From a virus (Duplodnaviria > Caudoviricetes): 30,916 bases of DNA. The notes below the pieces were generated by a model that had not been told where the DNA came from, did not search any database, and saw only the letters and a list, made by a program, of their open reading frames with translations. A program made the position numbers and the translations under genes. The stretch covers positions 1-30,916 of IMG/VR virus record IMGVR_UViG_3300048507_001074; one strand, given 5' to 3'. How positions within the stretch are numbered: position 1 is the first letter of the stretch; every line of letters starts with the position of its first letter. Positions 1-7,293 of the stretch are shown piece after piece.

Positions 1-392
1 CAGAGCCCGAGCCAGAACCTGAAGATCCCGAACCAGAGCCCGAGCCAGAACCTGAAGATCCCGAACCAGAGCCCGAGCCAGAACCTGAAGATCCCGAACC
101 AGAGCCCGAGCCAGAACCTGAAGATCCTGAACCAGAGCCTGAGCCTGAGCCAAAACCTGAAGATCCTGAACCAGAGCCTGAGCCTGAGCCAAAACCTGAA
201 GATCCTGAACCAGATCCTGAACCAGAGCCTGAGCTAAAGCCTAAAAAGCCTTCTAAAATTAAATATTTTATAATAGGAGGAGTAGTATTAGCTTCATTAA
301 TTTTATTTTTTGTTTTATCTCAATGTGGAGAAATAGAATATGTGGATTGGGATCAAAAGTTTTTAGATGAAATAAATAATAATCCAAATTGA
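1..392 (+). CDS. Partial (5'-truncated) Pro/Glu-repeat protein with a C-terminal transmembrane helix
   Basis: Not in the ORF track. Frame 3 reads ([11 protein letters not shown])n...[51 protein letters not shown], ending in TGA at 390-392. Confidence 0.8.
   Translation, partial: EPEPEPEDPEPEPEPEPEDPEPEPEPEPEDPEPEPEPEPEDPEPEPEPEPKPEDPEPEPEPEPKPEDPEPDPEPEPELKPKKPSKIKYFIIGGVVLASLILFFVLSQCGEIEYVDWDQKFLDEINNNPN
3..212 (+). repeat. Coding tandem repeat: four 33-bp units then two 39-bp units
   Basis: gagcccgagccagaacctgaagatcccgaacca at 3, 36, 69 and 102 (last with one synonymous change). gagcctgagcctgagccaaaacctgaagatcctgaacca at 135 and 174. Confidence 0.95.
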
Positions 393-394
393 AA

Positions 395-423
395 TTGACA
401 TCGTTATCTTAATTTGGTATTAT
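395..423 (+). promoter_or_regulatory. Sigma70-type promoter with extended -10, upstream of nrdB, probably near-leaderless
   Basis: TTGACA (395-400), 17-bp spacer, TG-n-TATTAT (418-423), ATG 8 nt later at 432. Confidence 0.75.
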
Positions 424-431
424 TAATATAT

Positions 432-1445
432 ATGAAAAATAAAACAGGACAATTATTAACAGAAAACATTGCTGGAGTAAATAGAATTTTACCTCACAAG
501 CATAAGTATGCGTGGGATTTATTTTTAAAAAGTTGTGCAAATAACTGGATGCCTACTGAAATCAGTATGCAGAATGACATTAAACAATGGAAAAATGATG
601 AAATCACAGAAGATGAAAAATTACTCGTTAAACGCTGCCTTGGATTCTTTGCTGGATCTGAGTCTTTGGTTGGTAATAACTTGCTTCTTTCGGCTTTTAG
701 ATTTATTACTGATGCTGAGTGTCGTCAGTACATTCTTCGTCAAGCTTTTGAAGAAAGTCTTCATAATCTCACGGTAGTATATGTGTGCGATAGCCTTGAT
801 CTAAATATAGAAGAAGTTTTTGCTGCATACGAAACAATTCCAAGTATAAAAGCCAAAGATGATTTTTTAATGGAAATCACTAATGACATTAGTCGTCAAG
901 ACTTTGATCCTCATACTACAGAAGGCAAGCAGGAAATCTTGCGAAACTTTCTAACTTATTGGATAGTATGCGAAGGAACATTTTTCTTTAGTGGATTCGC
1001 TATGCTTTTGGCGCTGGGTCGACAAAATAAGCTGCAGGGAATCTCTGATCAAATCAAATATACTTTGAGAGATGAAAGCTCTCATATTGCATTTGGTACA
1101 TATTTAATTAATACTTTAATAGAGCAAAATCCTGAAATTTGGACAGAAGAAATTCAGAACGAATTTGTTGAGCATATGAAAAAAGCTGTTGAGCTTGAGA
1201 TTGCATACGCTCATGACGTTTTGCCTACTGGGATCCTTGGTTTAAATGCGGATATGTTCGTCGACTACATGTATTACATTGGTAATCGTAGGCTTGAAGG
1301 TATTGGATTAGATTACCGTTTTCCTAGCGACAAAAATCCTTTTCCTTGGCTTAGTGAAGTAGTTGATGTTCAAGCGATGGGTAATTTCTTTGAGCGCAGG
1401 GTTAGAGAATACCAGCAAAGTGGAGCTCTTGAGGATGATTTTTAA
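432..1445 (+). CDS. nrdB: Ribonucleotide reductase class I beta subunit, class Ic (R2c)-like
   Basis: Ferritin-like ligands in FFAGSESLV, EESLH, EGTFF and DESSH. C-terminal NFFERRVREY. ATG 432 is preferred over TTG 414, which lies inside the promoter. Confidence 0.95.
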   Translation: MKNKTGQLLTENIAGVNRILPHKHKYAWDLFLKSCANNWMPTEISMQNDIKQWKNDEITEDEKLLVKRCLGFFAGSESLVGNNLLLSAFRFITDAECRQYILRQAFEESLHNLTVVYVCDSLDLNIEEVFAAYETIPSIKAKDDFLMEITNDISRQDFDPHTTEGKQEILRNFLTYWIVCEGTFFFSGFAMLLALGRQNKLQGISDQIKYTLRDESSHIAFGTYLINTLIEQNPEIWTEEIQNEFVEHMKKAVELEIAYAHDVLPTGILGLNADMFVDYMYYIGNRRLEGIGLDYRFPSDKNPFPWLSEVVDVQAMGNFFERRVREYQQSGALEDDF

Positions 1446-1491
1446 TCTCGGAATAAGTTTGCAAAGTTATTAAGTTAATTCTTTATTCTAC

Positions 1492-1519
1492 AAAAAAGCC
1501 CCCAAATGGGGGCTTTTTT
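1492..1519. terminator. Bidirectional intrinsic terminator between convergent nrdB and DUF1501 genes
   Basis: AAAAAAGCCCCC-AAAT-GGGGGCTTTTTT, a perfect stem with a U-tract on both strands. Confidence 0.9.
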
Positions 1520-1538
1520 ATTAAGCTAATATATAATG

Positions 1539-2822
1539 TTAAGCCAATATATCAAGTAAAGGTTCACCTTTATGAGCTATTGTAAATGGCCTTCCAGAAG
1601 GAGAATACTGGTAGTCATTTAGAGGAAGTCCTAAAGTATGAGCAATAGTTGCATTCAAGTCTTCTGGCTTGATTGGTTTGCCTTCTATAGGAGATCTTCC
1701 TGTTTTATCGGTTTCCCCGTAAGTCATACCGCCTTTGATTCCGCCTCCTGCAAGAAATGCGGTAAAGCAGTAAGGCCAATGATCTCTTCCGTCTCTACCG
1801 TTAATATTTGGGGTTCTTCCAAATTCAGAAGTTAATACCACCAAAGTCTCCGAAAGCAGACCTCTTCTGTTCAAATCAAAAAGTAATCCGCTTAAAGCCT
1901 GATCTATGTCTGCGCAATTCGCTGCTACTCTATCAAAGTTGTTATCGTGAGTATCCCATCCTCCTCGCGTTACTTCGACATATCTAACACCGTTTTCAAC
2001 CAATCTTCTTGCTAATAAACAACCTTTTCCGAAATTAGTTTGACCGTAAAGCTCGCTTGTTGCTACTGTTTCTTTTGTTATATCGAAAGCGTTTAAATCG
2101 TCACTATTCATTAATTTAACTGCATCTTTATATAGATCAGAGTAAGCTCTAACTTGTTTTTGAGGAAACTGAGTAGAAAAATTCTCATTTAATGCCTCTG
2201 CGATAGATATTCTGCTTTGAAAATGCTCGTGATCTAGATATGATGCCATTTTACTATTAGATAATCCTGCGGCTGGATTATTGATTGGTAAGGCGCCATA
2301 TTTAGATTCTAGAAATCCTGCTCCACCTCCTCCTCCGCCAATTTTAACATTGGATGGAATGGTTCTATTTATTGCACCTCCAAGTTTAGAAACCCAGCTA
2401 CCAAATGTTGGGTGCACAATAGTGCCTCTTTTGAGGTAACTGGTATGCATAAGATAACTCGCTTGTTCATGAGCTCCCTGACTAGTATTCATAGTTTTAA
2501 TAATTGCACCATGATGCATAAACTGTGCGGTTTTTGGTAAATTTTCTGATAAAATCACTCCGTCTGCACTAGTTGGAATAGATTTTGTCGGCCCCTGAAT
2601 ATCTGGCGCATCAGGCTTTGGCCCAAAAGTATCAAGGTGAGACATGGCTCCTGACATATTTAAATATATAACGTGTCTAGCTGTTGGTATTCTGGATGCA
2701 GGCTCAAGGGCGCTAACATTGTTATGTATATAAGCTCCGGCCATAGGCATTAAGCCTACTCCAAAGCACGCTTTTGCGGCATACGCAATAAATTCTCTTC
2801 TTCCTAATTCATCTACTTTCAT
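1539..2822 (-). CDS. DUF1501 family protein with probable Tat signal
   Basis: N-terminal LGRREFI plus hydrophobic stretch. Family motifs GAMSHLDTF, FGKGCLLARRLVENGVRYVEV, GGWDTH, SEFGRTP, GRDHW, LAGGGIKGG. Confidence 0.9.
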   Translation of the reverse strand: MKVDELGRREFIAYAAKACFGVGLMPMAGAYIHNNVSALEPASRIPTARHVIYLNMSGAMSHLDTFGPKPDAPDIQGPTKSIPTSADGVILSENLPKTAQFMHHGAIIKTMNTSQGAHEQASYLMHTSYLKRGTIVHPTFGSWVSKLGGAINRTIPSNVKIGGGGGGAGFLESKYGALPINNPAAGLSNSKMASYLDHEHFQSRISIAEALNENFSTQFPQKQVRAYSDLYKDAVKLMNSDDLNAFDITKETVATSELYGQTNFGKGCLLARRLVENGVRYVEVTRGGWDTHDNNFDRVAANCADIDQALSGLLFDLNRRGLLSETLVVLTSEFGRTPNINGRDGRDHWPYCFTAFLAGGGIKGGMTYGETDKTGRSPIEGKPIKPEDLNATIAHTLGLPLNDYQYSPSGRPFTIAHKGEPLLDILA

Positions 2823-2843
2823 AATTTTATTTGGTTTTAGTTT

Positions 2844-5114
2844 TTATTTTATAAATATAAATTCGTGTGTGTTTATTAAAGTCCAGATTATTTCTTTATA
2901 TACCTCTTTCTTGTCTTTTAATGACGATTTAAATAATGATATTTCTTTTGAGGATGGATTTCTATTTAAAATATATCTAAATCCAACTTTAATTTTATCA
3001 TCTAAAGATTTTTGAGATTGCACTGCTTTAATAATTTCAAAGTTTTTATTTTTTAATAACCTTGTTTCTACAAAACCGTTAAGCAAATTGAGTACCTGGG
3101 TTGCAGAGGCGCTTTTATTTGAGTTTTCGATCTGCTCCCTATCTGAACCACCAAACTCACGAATAAGGTGCCCTACGGGAGCAGGAGAGGATAATTCAGA
3201 AGCTCTTACGGAATTACGATCTTTTACAAAGTTTTGTTTGTAATCGTCTTTCTTGGTTTGTTGCTGGGATTTAAATTTATCAACACAAGATTCGCAGCAA
3301 AATGCAACCGTCTCTCCGTTTTCATTAATAGCTAATAAAGTTGGATCAATAGCTCTGCCTGGTTTAATTGGGCAATCTGTATTTATTGGTTCTGTGAATT
3401 TTGGTTTATTTGCTGTTTTTGGCCTTTCGGTTTTATTTATTTTGGCCATAAGATCTTGAAATAATTCTTCACCAGTCATTGCCGAAAAGTTTTGAAAGTC
3501 TTCGTAGCCTTTTGTGTTTTGCTGAAGTTTTCTGGAATCTATATCGTTAAACGTTAAATTTACTAATGAATCCCAGACTTGTTCGCCACTCATTCTTTCA
3601 AGCATTGGCCCTTGATAGAAATATGGAATAGCGTTGTGAGATTGTTTTTCAGAATTTGGTCCTGCGATAATCCATTTTACATCTACAGGCATAGACTGAT
3701 CTTTATTATCTTTTGGGATAACATCTCTTATTACAGATTGACGCTGAAAAGTTTTTGTGTTATATAATACCCTTAAAAACTCTTTTAAATCGTAATCTAA
3801 AGCTACCATAACTTTTTCCAAATGTAGCTGAAGTTTTGGATCTGTAGCTAATGTATCATCAAACATGTTATCAATTGGCTCAATTAAAGCTAGTCCAAAA
3901 GCTTCTTTCCATAACCTATTTACAATAACAGCTGTAAATCTAGGATTCGAATCTGTTGCAAGCCAATTTGCATATATTTCTCGAGACCCTGCTTGAGGAG
4001 CTTTTGTTTTTATGTCGATTTCTTTTCCAAAAATTGTTTTTCCAGATAATGTTTCGCTTGGTTTTGCATTATCGTATTGATAGTCATTTGGTAAATTTAT
4101 TTTCCCTGAACCCAGACTATCTAGACCTGTTTGAAGAATGTCTTGAATGTCCCTAGATTCATTTCTTAACTGTCTAGATTTTTGCGGCTCACCTGCTTGC
4201 TCTAGCCTTCTTTGTTCTGTATTAACCAATCTATTAAATTGACCTAAATTATCAACACCTCTTCTTCTTAGATTTGTCGAACCGCTTGTGAACGCAGCCA
4301 TTTCGTAGAATTGTTTTTGTGTCCAGCGATCAAATGGATGATCATGGCATTGGGCGCATTCAAGACTAGTGCCAAGAAAGATGCGAACTGTATTGGCCAT
4401 ATTGTCGAGGGGCATGTTTACATCTCGCGCAAAGTAACTAACTCCTTCATTACCTCTTTCCCATAAAGCTCCAGATGAAGAAAGCATTTCTCTAACCCAA
4501 ACATCATATGGTCTATTATTTGATATAAATTCTTTTACATAATTTTTATATGGTATACCTGATACTCTATTATTTAATCTGTCTTTCATTCTTAGTATAT
4601 CTGCCCAGAAGTTGAACCAATGACTTACATACCCCTCGCTGCCTAATAGTTGATCTATTAATTTTGATCTTTTGTTTTTGTCTTTACTATTTAAAAAGGT
4701 GTCTACTTCCGTTAACGATGGAGTTCTCCCGATAACCTTTAAATAAGATCTGCGCAAAAATGTAGCATCATCAACTTCTTTGTTTGGTTTGAGGTTATAT
4801 GATCGTAATTTTGTTTCAATTAAACTATCAATATATCTTGCATGGGTATTTAAATCTTTATCTGATAGTGGTTTTTTAAATTTCGGCAAAGCTTCGTGGC
4901 TTGGCGGGAAGTTGTTTTTGATATAAGCTTGATTATCTTCTGTAAGAGAATCTATTGCTATTCTAAATAATTGTAGATCACTTGCTCTTTTTATTAAAGC
5001 GTGAGTTGCATTTGCCTCAAGAATATCTCCTTTTAAATCTTTTCCGTTATTAAAATAAAGAGTATCAGCGAAACAGTAAATTGATGATAAGAATAGTAAA
5101 AGTAGTTTTTTCAT
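2844..5114 (-). CDS. DUF1549 (PSCyt2)/DUF1553 (PSD1) protein with a CxxCH motif and a YHS-like Cys insert
   Basis: Sec-like signal MKKLLLLFLSSIYCFA. Motifs DDATFLRRSYL, FLGTSLECAQCHDHPFDRWTQKQFY, VIVNRLW, terminal LINTHEFIFIK. Insert CPIKPG...VAFCCESCVDKF. Confidence 0.88.
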   Translation of the reverse strand: MKKLLLLFLSSIYCFADTLYFNNGKDLKGDILEANATHALIKRASDLQLFRIAIDSLTEDNQAYIKNNFPPSHEALPKFKKPLSDKDLNTHARYIDSLIETKLRSYNLKPNKEVDDATFLRRSYLKVIGRTPSLTEVDTFLNSKDKNKRSKLIDQLLGSEGYVSHWFNFWADILRMKDRLNNRVSGIPYKNYVKEFISNNRPYDVWVREMLSSSGALWERGNEGVSYFARDVNMPLDNMANTVRIFLGTSLECAQCHDHPFDRWTQKQFYEMAAFTSGSTNLRRRGVDNLGQFNRLVNTEQRRLEQAGEPQKSRQLRNESRDIQDILQTGLDSLGSGKINLPNDYQYDNAKPSETLSGKTIFGKEIDIKTKAPQAGSREIYANWLATDSNPRFTAVIVNRLWKEAFGLALIEPIDNMFDDTLATDPKLQLHLEKVMVALDYDLKEFLRVLYNTKTFQRQSVIRDVIPKDNKDQSMPVDVKWIIAGPNSEKQSHNAIPYFYQGPMLERMSGEQVWDSLVNLTFNDIDSRKLQQNTKGYEDFQNFSAMTGEELFQDLMAKINKTERPKTANKPKFTEPINTDCPIKPGRAIDPTLLAINENGETVAFCCESCVDKFKSQQQTKKDDYKQNFVKDRNSVRASELSSPAPVGHLIREFGGSDREQIENSNKSASATQVLNLLNGFVETRLLKNKNFEIIKAVQSQKSLDDKIKVGFRYILNRNPSSKEISLFKSSLKDKKEVYKEIIWTLINTHEFIFIK

Positions 5115-5120
5115 AATAAA

Positions 5121-5149
5121 ATTATTACACTATTTGATTAATTTGTCAA
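5121..5149 (-). promoter_or_regulatory. Sigma70-type promoter overlapping a GTGTA motif, upstream of the DUF1549/1553 gene
   Basis: Minus strand: TTGACA (5149-5144), 17 bp, TG-n-AATAAT (5126-5121), 6 nt, ATG (5114). Confidence 0.65.
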
Positions 5150-5171
5150 GAAGTTTTTTAATCGTGCCAAC

Positions 5172-5200
5172 AAAAAAGCCGCCCATTTCTGAGCGGCTTT
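5172..5200 (-). terminator. Intrinsic terminator after the beta-barrel/small membrane protein pair
   Basis: Minus strand: AAAGCCGCTCA-GAAA-TGGGCGGCTTTTTT, a GC stem with a GNRA loop and a U-tract. Confidence 0.9.
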
Positions 5201-5223
5201 AGGAACATTATATTAGATAAAGT

Positions 5224-5463
5224 TTAATCTTTATCGCTTTTTTGCTTAAAAAGCGCAACGATAAGCAAAAGAGTGATAATTCCCGCTAAGGAAGCTCCTT
5301 CTCCTACGAATCCTGTGACAACATCCTGAAGGTTGCCAATAACATTAATGGGTGCTCCTGCGCCAAATACGACCTGGGCGACAACGAGCAATCCGATAAT
5401 AGAGAGCAGGACACTGGTAACTCCTCCTGCGTAATTTTTGATTGTATCTATTGTATTTTTCAT
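5224..5463 (-). CDS. Small two-helix membrane protein (79 aa)
   Basis: Start moved to ATG 5463 (MKNTIDTIK) to avoid overlap with the upstream gene. Hydrophobic segments VLLSIIGLLVVAQVVFG and LAGIITLLLIVALF. Confidence 0.8.
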   Translation of the reverse strand: MKNTIDTIKNYAGGVTSVLLSIIGLLVVAQVVFGAGAPINVIGNLQDVVTGFVGEGASLAGIITLLLIVALFKQKSDKD

Positions 5464-5470
5464 AATTAAA

Positions 5471-6124
5471 TTAGAAAGAAAAGGTGAATGATGCGGAAAG
5501 TACGTCTTCTCCGTCAATTGAGTCTGAGTCTACTCGATCGTATCCAGCAGAAGCTTGAACTGAATCTGTCAAGGTTTTTGATAAAGATAATCCGAGAGAA
5601 TAATAATCATTATCTTCAATACCGTATCTATCGGAATTACCTAAAGCGCCAGCCAATGTCAAGTCTGCGAAGTTCAGGTCAAAAGTATGAGAAGCTCCAC
5701 CTTCAAATACATAATTATTATCGCTAGTATCTCTAAGAATTAAAAAATACGGGGATAAGGTATAATTAAGACTTAATTCAAGGGCTGCATCAAGTTGACT
5801 GCCTCCATCGATGATTTCTTCATGCTCAAGTCCGACATAAACGTTTAATAAGTCTCCAATTGCGCTGGAAACGCCGCCAGAGAAAATATAAACACTCTTT
5901 CCATCAGAGAGCTCGTCAAAAGATGAAACTGAGCCTTCTACGTTCAGACTTTCGACTTCTGCGCCATAAGATACTGAAGCCGAAATACTTTCTTCGGTCA
6001 AAAGCGAACCTTTACTGAATGTATCGGTGCCATAACCCAAGGAAACGGCGCCTGATCCAGCATGGACTGCGTTAATAAAAAAAGCTGCTACAAGAGCAGT
6101 AACTGTTATTAGTTTGGTTTTCAT
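5471..6124 (-). CDS. Putative outer-membrane beta-barrel (porin-like) protein
   Basis: Signal peptide ending VHA, alternating amphipathic strands rich in S/G/Y, and C-terminal LSASFTFSF with a terminal Phe (beta-signal). Confidence 0.75.
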   Translation of the reverse strand: MKTKLITVTALVAAFFINAVHAGSGAVSLGYGTDTFSKGSLLTEESISASVSYGAEVESLNVEGSVSSFDELSDGKSVYIFSGGVSSAIGDLLNVYVGLEHEEIIDGGSQLDAALELSLNYTLSPYFLILRDTSDNNYVFEGGASHTFDLNFADLTLAGALGNSDRYGIEDNDYYSLGLSLSKTLTDSVQASAGYDRVDSDSIDGEDVLSASFTFSF

Positions 6125-6138
6125 AATTAAAACTCCAG

Positions 6139-6167
6139 ATTATAAAGCAAAAACTATCGTTTGTCAA
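6139..6167 (-). promoter_or_regulatory. Perfect-consensus sigma70 promoter for the beta-barrel gene
   Basis: Minus strand: TTGACA (6167-6162, overlapping the hsp20 stop), 17 bp, TATAAT (6144-6139), 14 nt to ATG. Confidence 0.85.
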
Positions 6168-6589
6168 GTAATTTTTATTCTAGTCTTTGATTTTTCTTTT
6201 TTTCTTGGTATTGCAATCTCTAATATACCATTATTCATTTTTGCTGATATTTTTTCTTGATCCAATTCAGAGCTTATTTTAAATGTATTTTTAAATCCAT
6301 CTTTAAATATTTGTTGTTGAGTATATTTTCCTTCGATAGATTCTTCTTTTGGGCTTTGATAAGAAACAATTAATTTATCAGCTTGACAGTCGATGTTTAT
6401 ATCTTCTTTTGGTATGCCAGGAGTAAGAAGTTCTATTACGGTTTCTTTTTCTTTGGAGATAACATTTGCTTGTACTGGATAATCATCTAAGCTTTTAAAC
6501 TCATCATTATCTAATAAGTCATCAAATATATTTTTAAATGTATCAGAAATAAATTTTGGTTGATATTGTTTTTTGAAGTAGTATGCCAT
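6164..6589 (-). CDS. Small heat-shock protein, Hsp20/alpha-crystallin family
   Basis: PGIPKEDINI, FKNTFKI, ISAKMNNGILEIAIPR, terminal IKI (IxI motif), 141 aa. Confidence 0.93.
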   Translation of the reverse strand: MAYYFKKQYQPKFISDTFKNIFDDLLDNDEFKSLDDYPVQANVISKEKETVIELLTPGIPKEDINIDCQADKLIVSYQSPKEESIEGKYTQQQIFKDGFKNTFKISSELDQEKISAKMNNGILEIAIPRKKEKSKTRIKIT

Positions 6590-6673
6590 TTTGTCTCTTT
6601 TTTTAAGTGTTATAAACTAGTGTGTAAATTCGTCTCTTAAATCACTAAATTCAAGTATTTACTATTAAACTAT

Positions 6674-6690
6674 TGCTAATAGTATGCCAA
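6674..6690 (-). promoter_or_regulatory. Candidate sigma54 (-24/-12) promoter for hsp20
   Basis: Minus strand TTGGCATACTATTAGCA has GG-N10-GC spacing and resembles TGGCACG-N4-TTGCW. It lies in the 105-bp intergenic gap. Confidence 0.55.
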
Positions 6691-6694
6691 AAAA

Positions 6695-7291
6695 TTAAGA
6701 CCTAAACAAAAAAGGCTTCCATTCTTCTCGCTCTCGCTGAAATGGATGAAAGAATGGGTATGGGTTGGCAGGTTTAAGCTCTTTTCCTTCTTTATTTGTA
6801 TATGGATAAATTGCCGCCTTCTTGCAATTGCATGTTTGACAAGTAAGCGTAACATTATAACTTTCTTTAGTTCCCCCTTTGCTTTTTGGGTAAATATGCT
6901 CTATTGTCATATCTTTCATGTCAAACCTATCGCCGCAAATTTGACAACGACCTTTATATCTTTTATATAAATAGCGTAAGTTAGGCTTATTCTTAGTTTG
7001 AAAAACCCATTTTGCGGTTGTCAATAAAATGGTTGGAACAGGGTATAATGCATTAGAAGAAGAGAGAAATGGTTGGCTTTTGTAATAAGATGCTCGAGAT
7101 GAATCAATCCAATCTTCCCACAATAAAGGTTCTCCTGAGAAACTCAGAGCTTTAACAGAAGGATTTTTATGCGAAGATGATCCTGAAGATATTAATTTTC
7201 TAATACCTTCTTTTGCTGTAGTAATATTAATTGGCGTCCAGAAATGAGACAGTATTAACACTGTCCTGTCCTTACTATCAATTAAATTCAA
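6695..7291 (-). CDS. HNH endonuclease
   Basis: CQIC...TIEHIYPKSKGG...NVTLTCQTCNCKK, TTG start. Confidence 0.9.
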   Translation of the reverse strand: MNLIDSKDRTVLILSHFWTPINITTAKEGIRKLISSGSSSHKNPSVKALSFSGEPLLWEDWIDSSRASYYKSQPFLSSSNALYPVPTILLTTAKWVFQTKNKPNLRYLYKRYKGRCQICGDRFDMKDMTIEHIYPKSKGGTKESYNVTLTCQTCNCKKAAIYPYTNKEGKELKPANPYPFFHPFQREREEWKPFLFRS

Positions 7292-7293
7292 AT

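Noticed and set aside
3-212. 33-bp repeats as a CRISPR array
   Set aside because: The units are contiguous with no unique spacers, are multiples of 3, and encode an in-frame EP repeat.
5154-5170. TTGGCACG on the minus strand as a second sigma54 promoter
   Set aside because: The -24 element is perfect, but the -12 position reads AAAAA with no GC.
6695-7291. HNH as an intron- or intein-encoded homing endonuclease
   Set aside because: It is free-standing between two intact genes, with no interrupted host gene visible.
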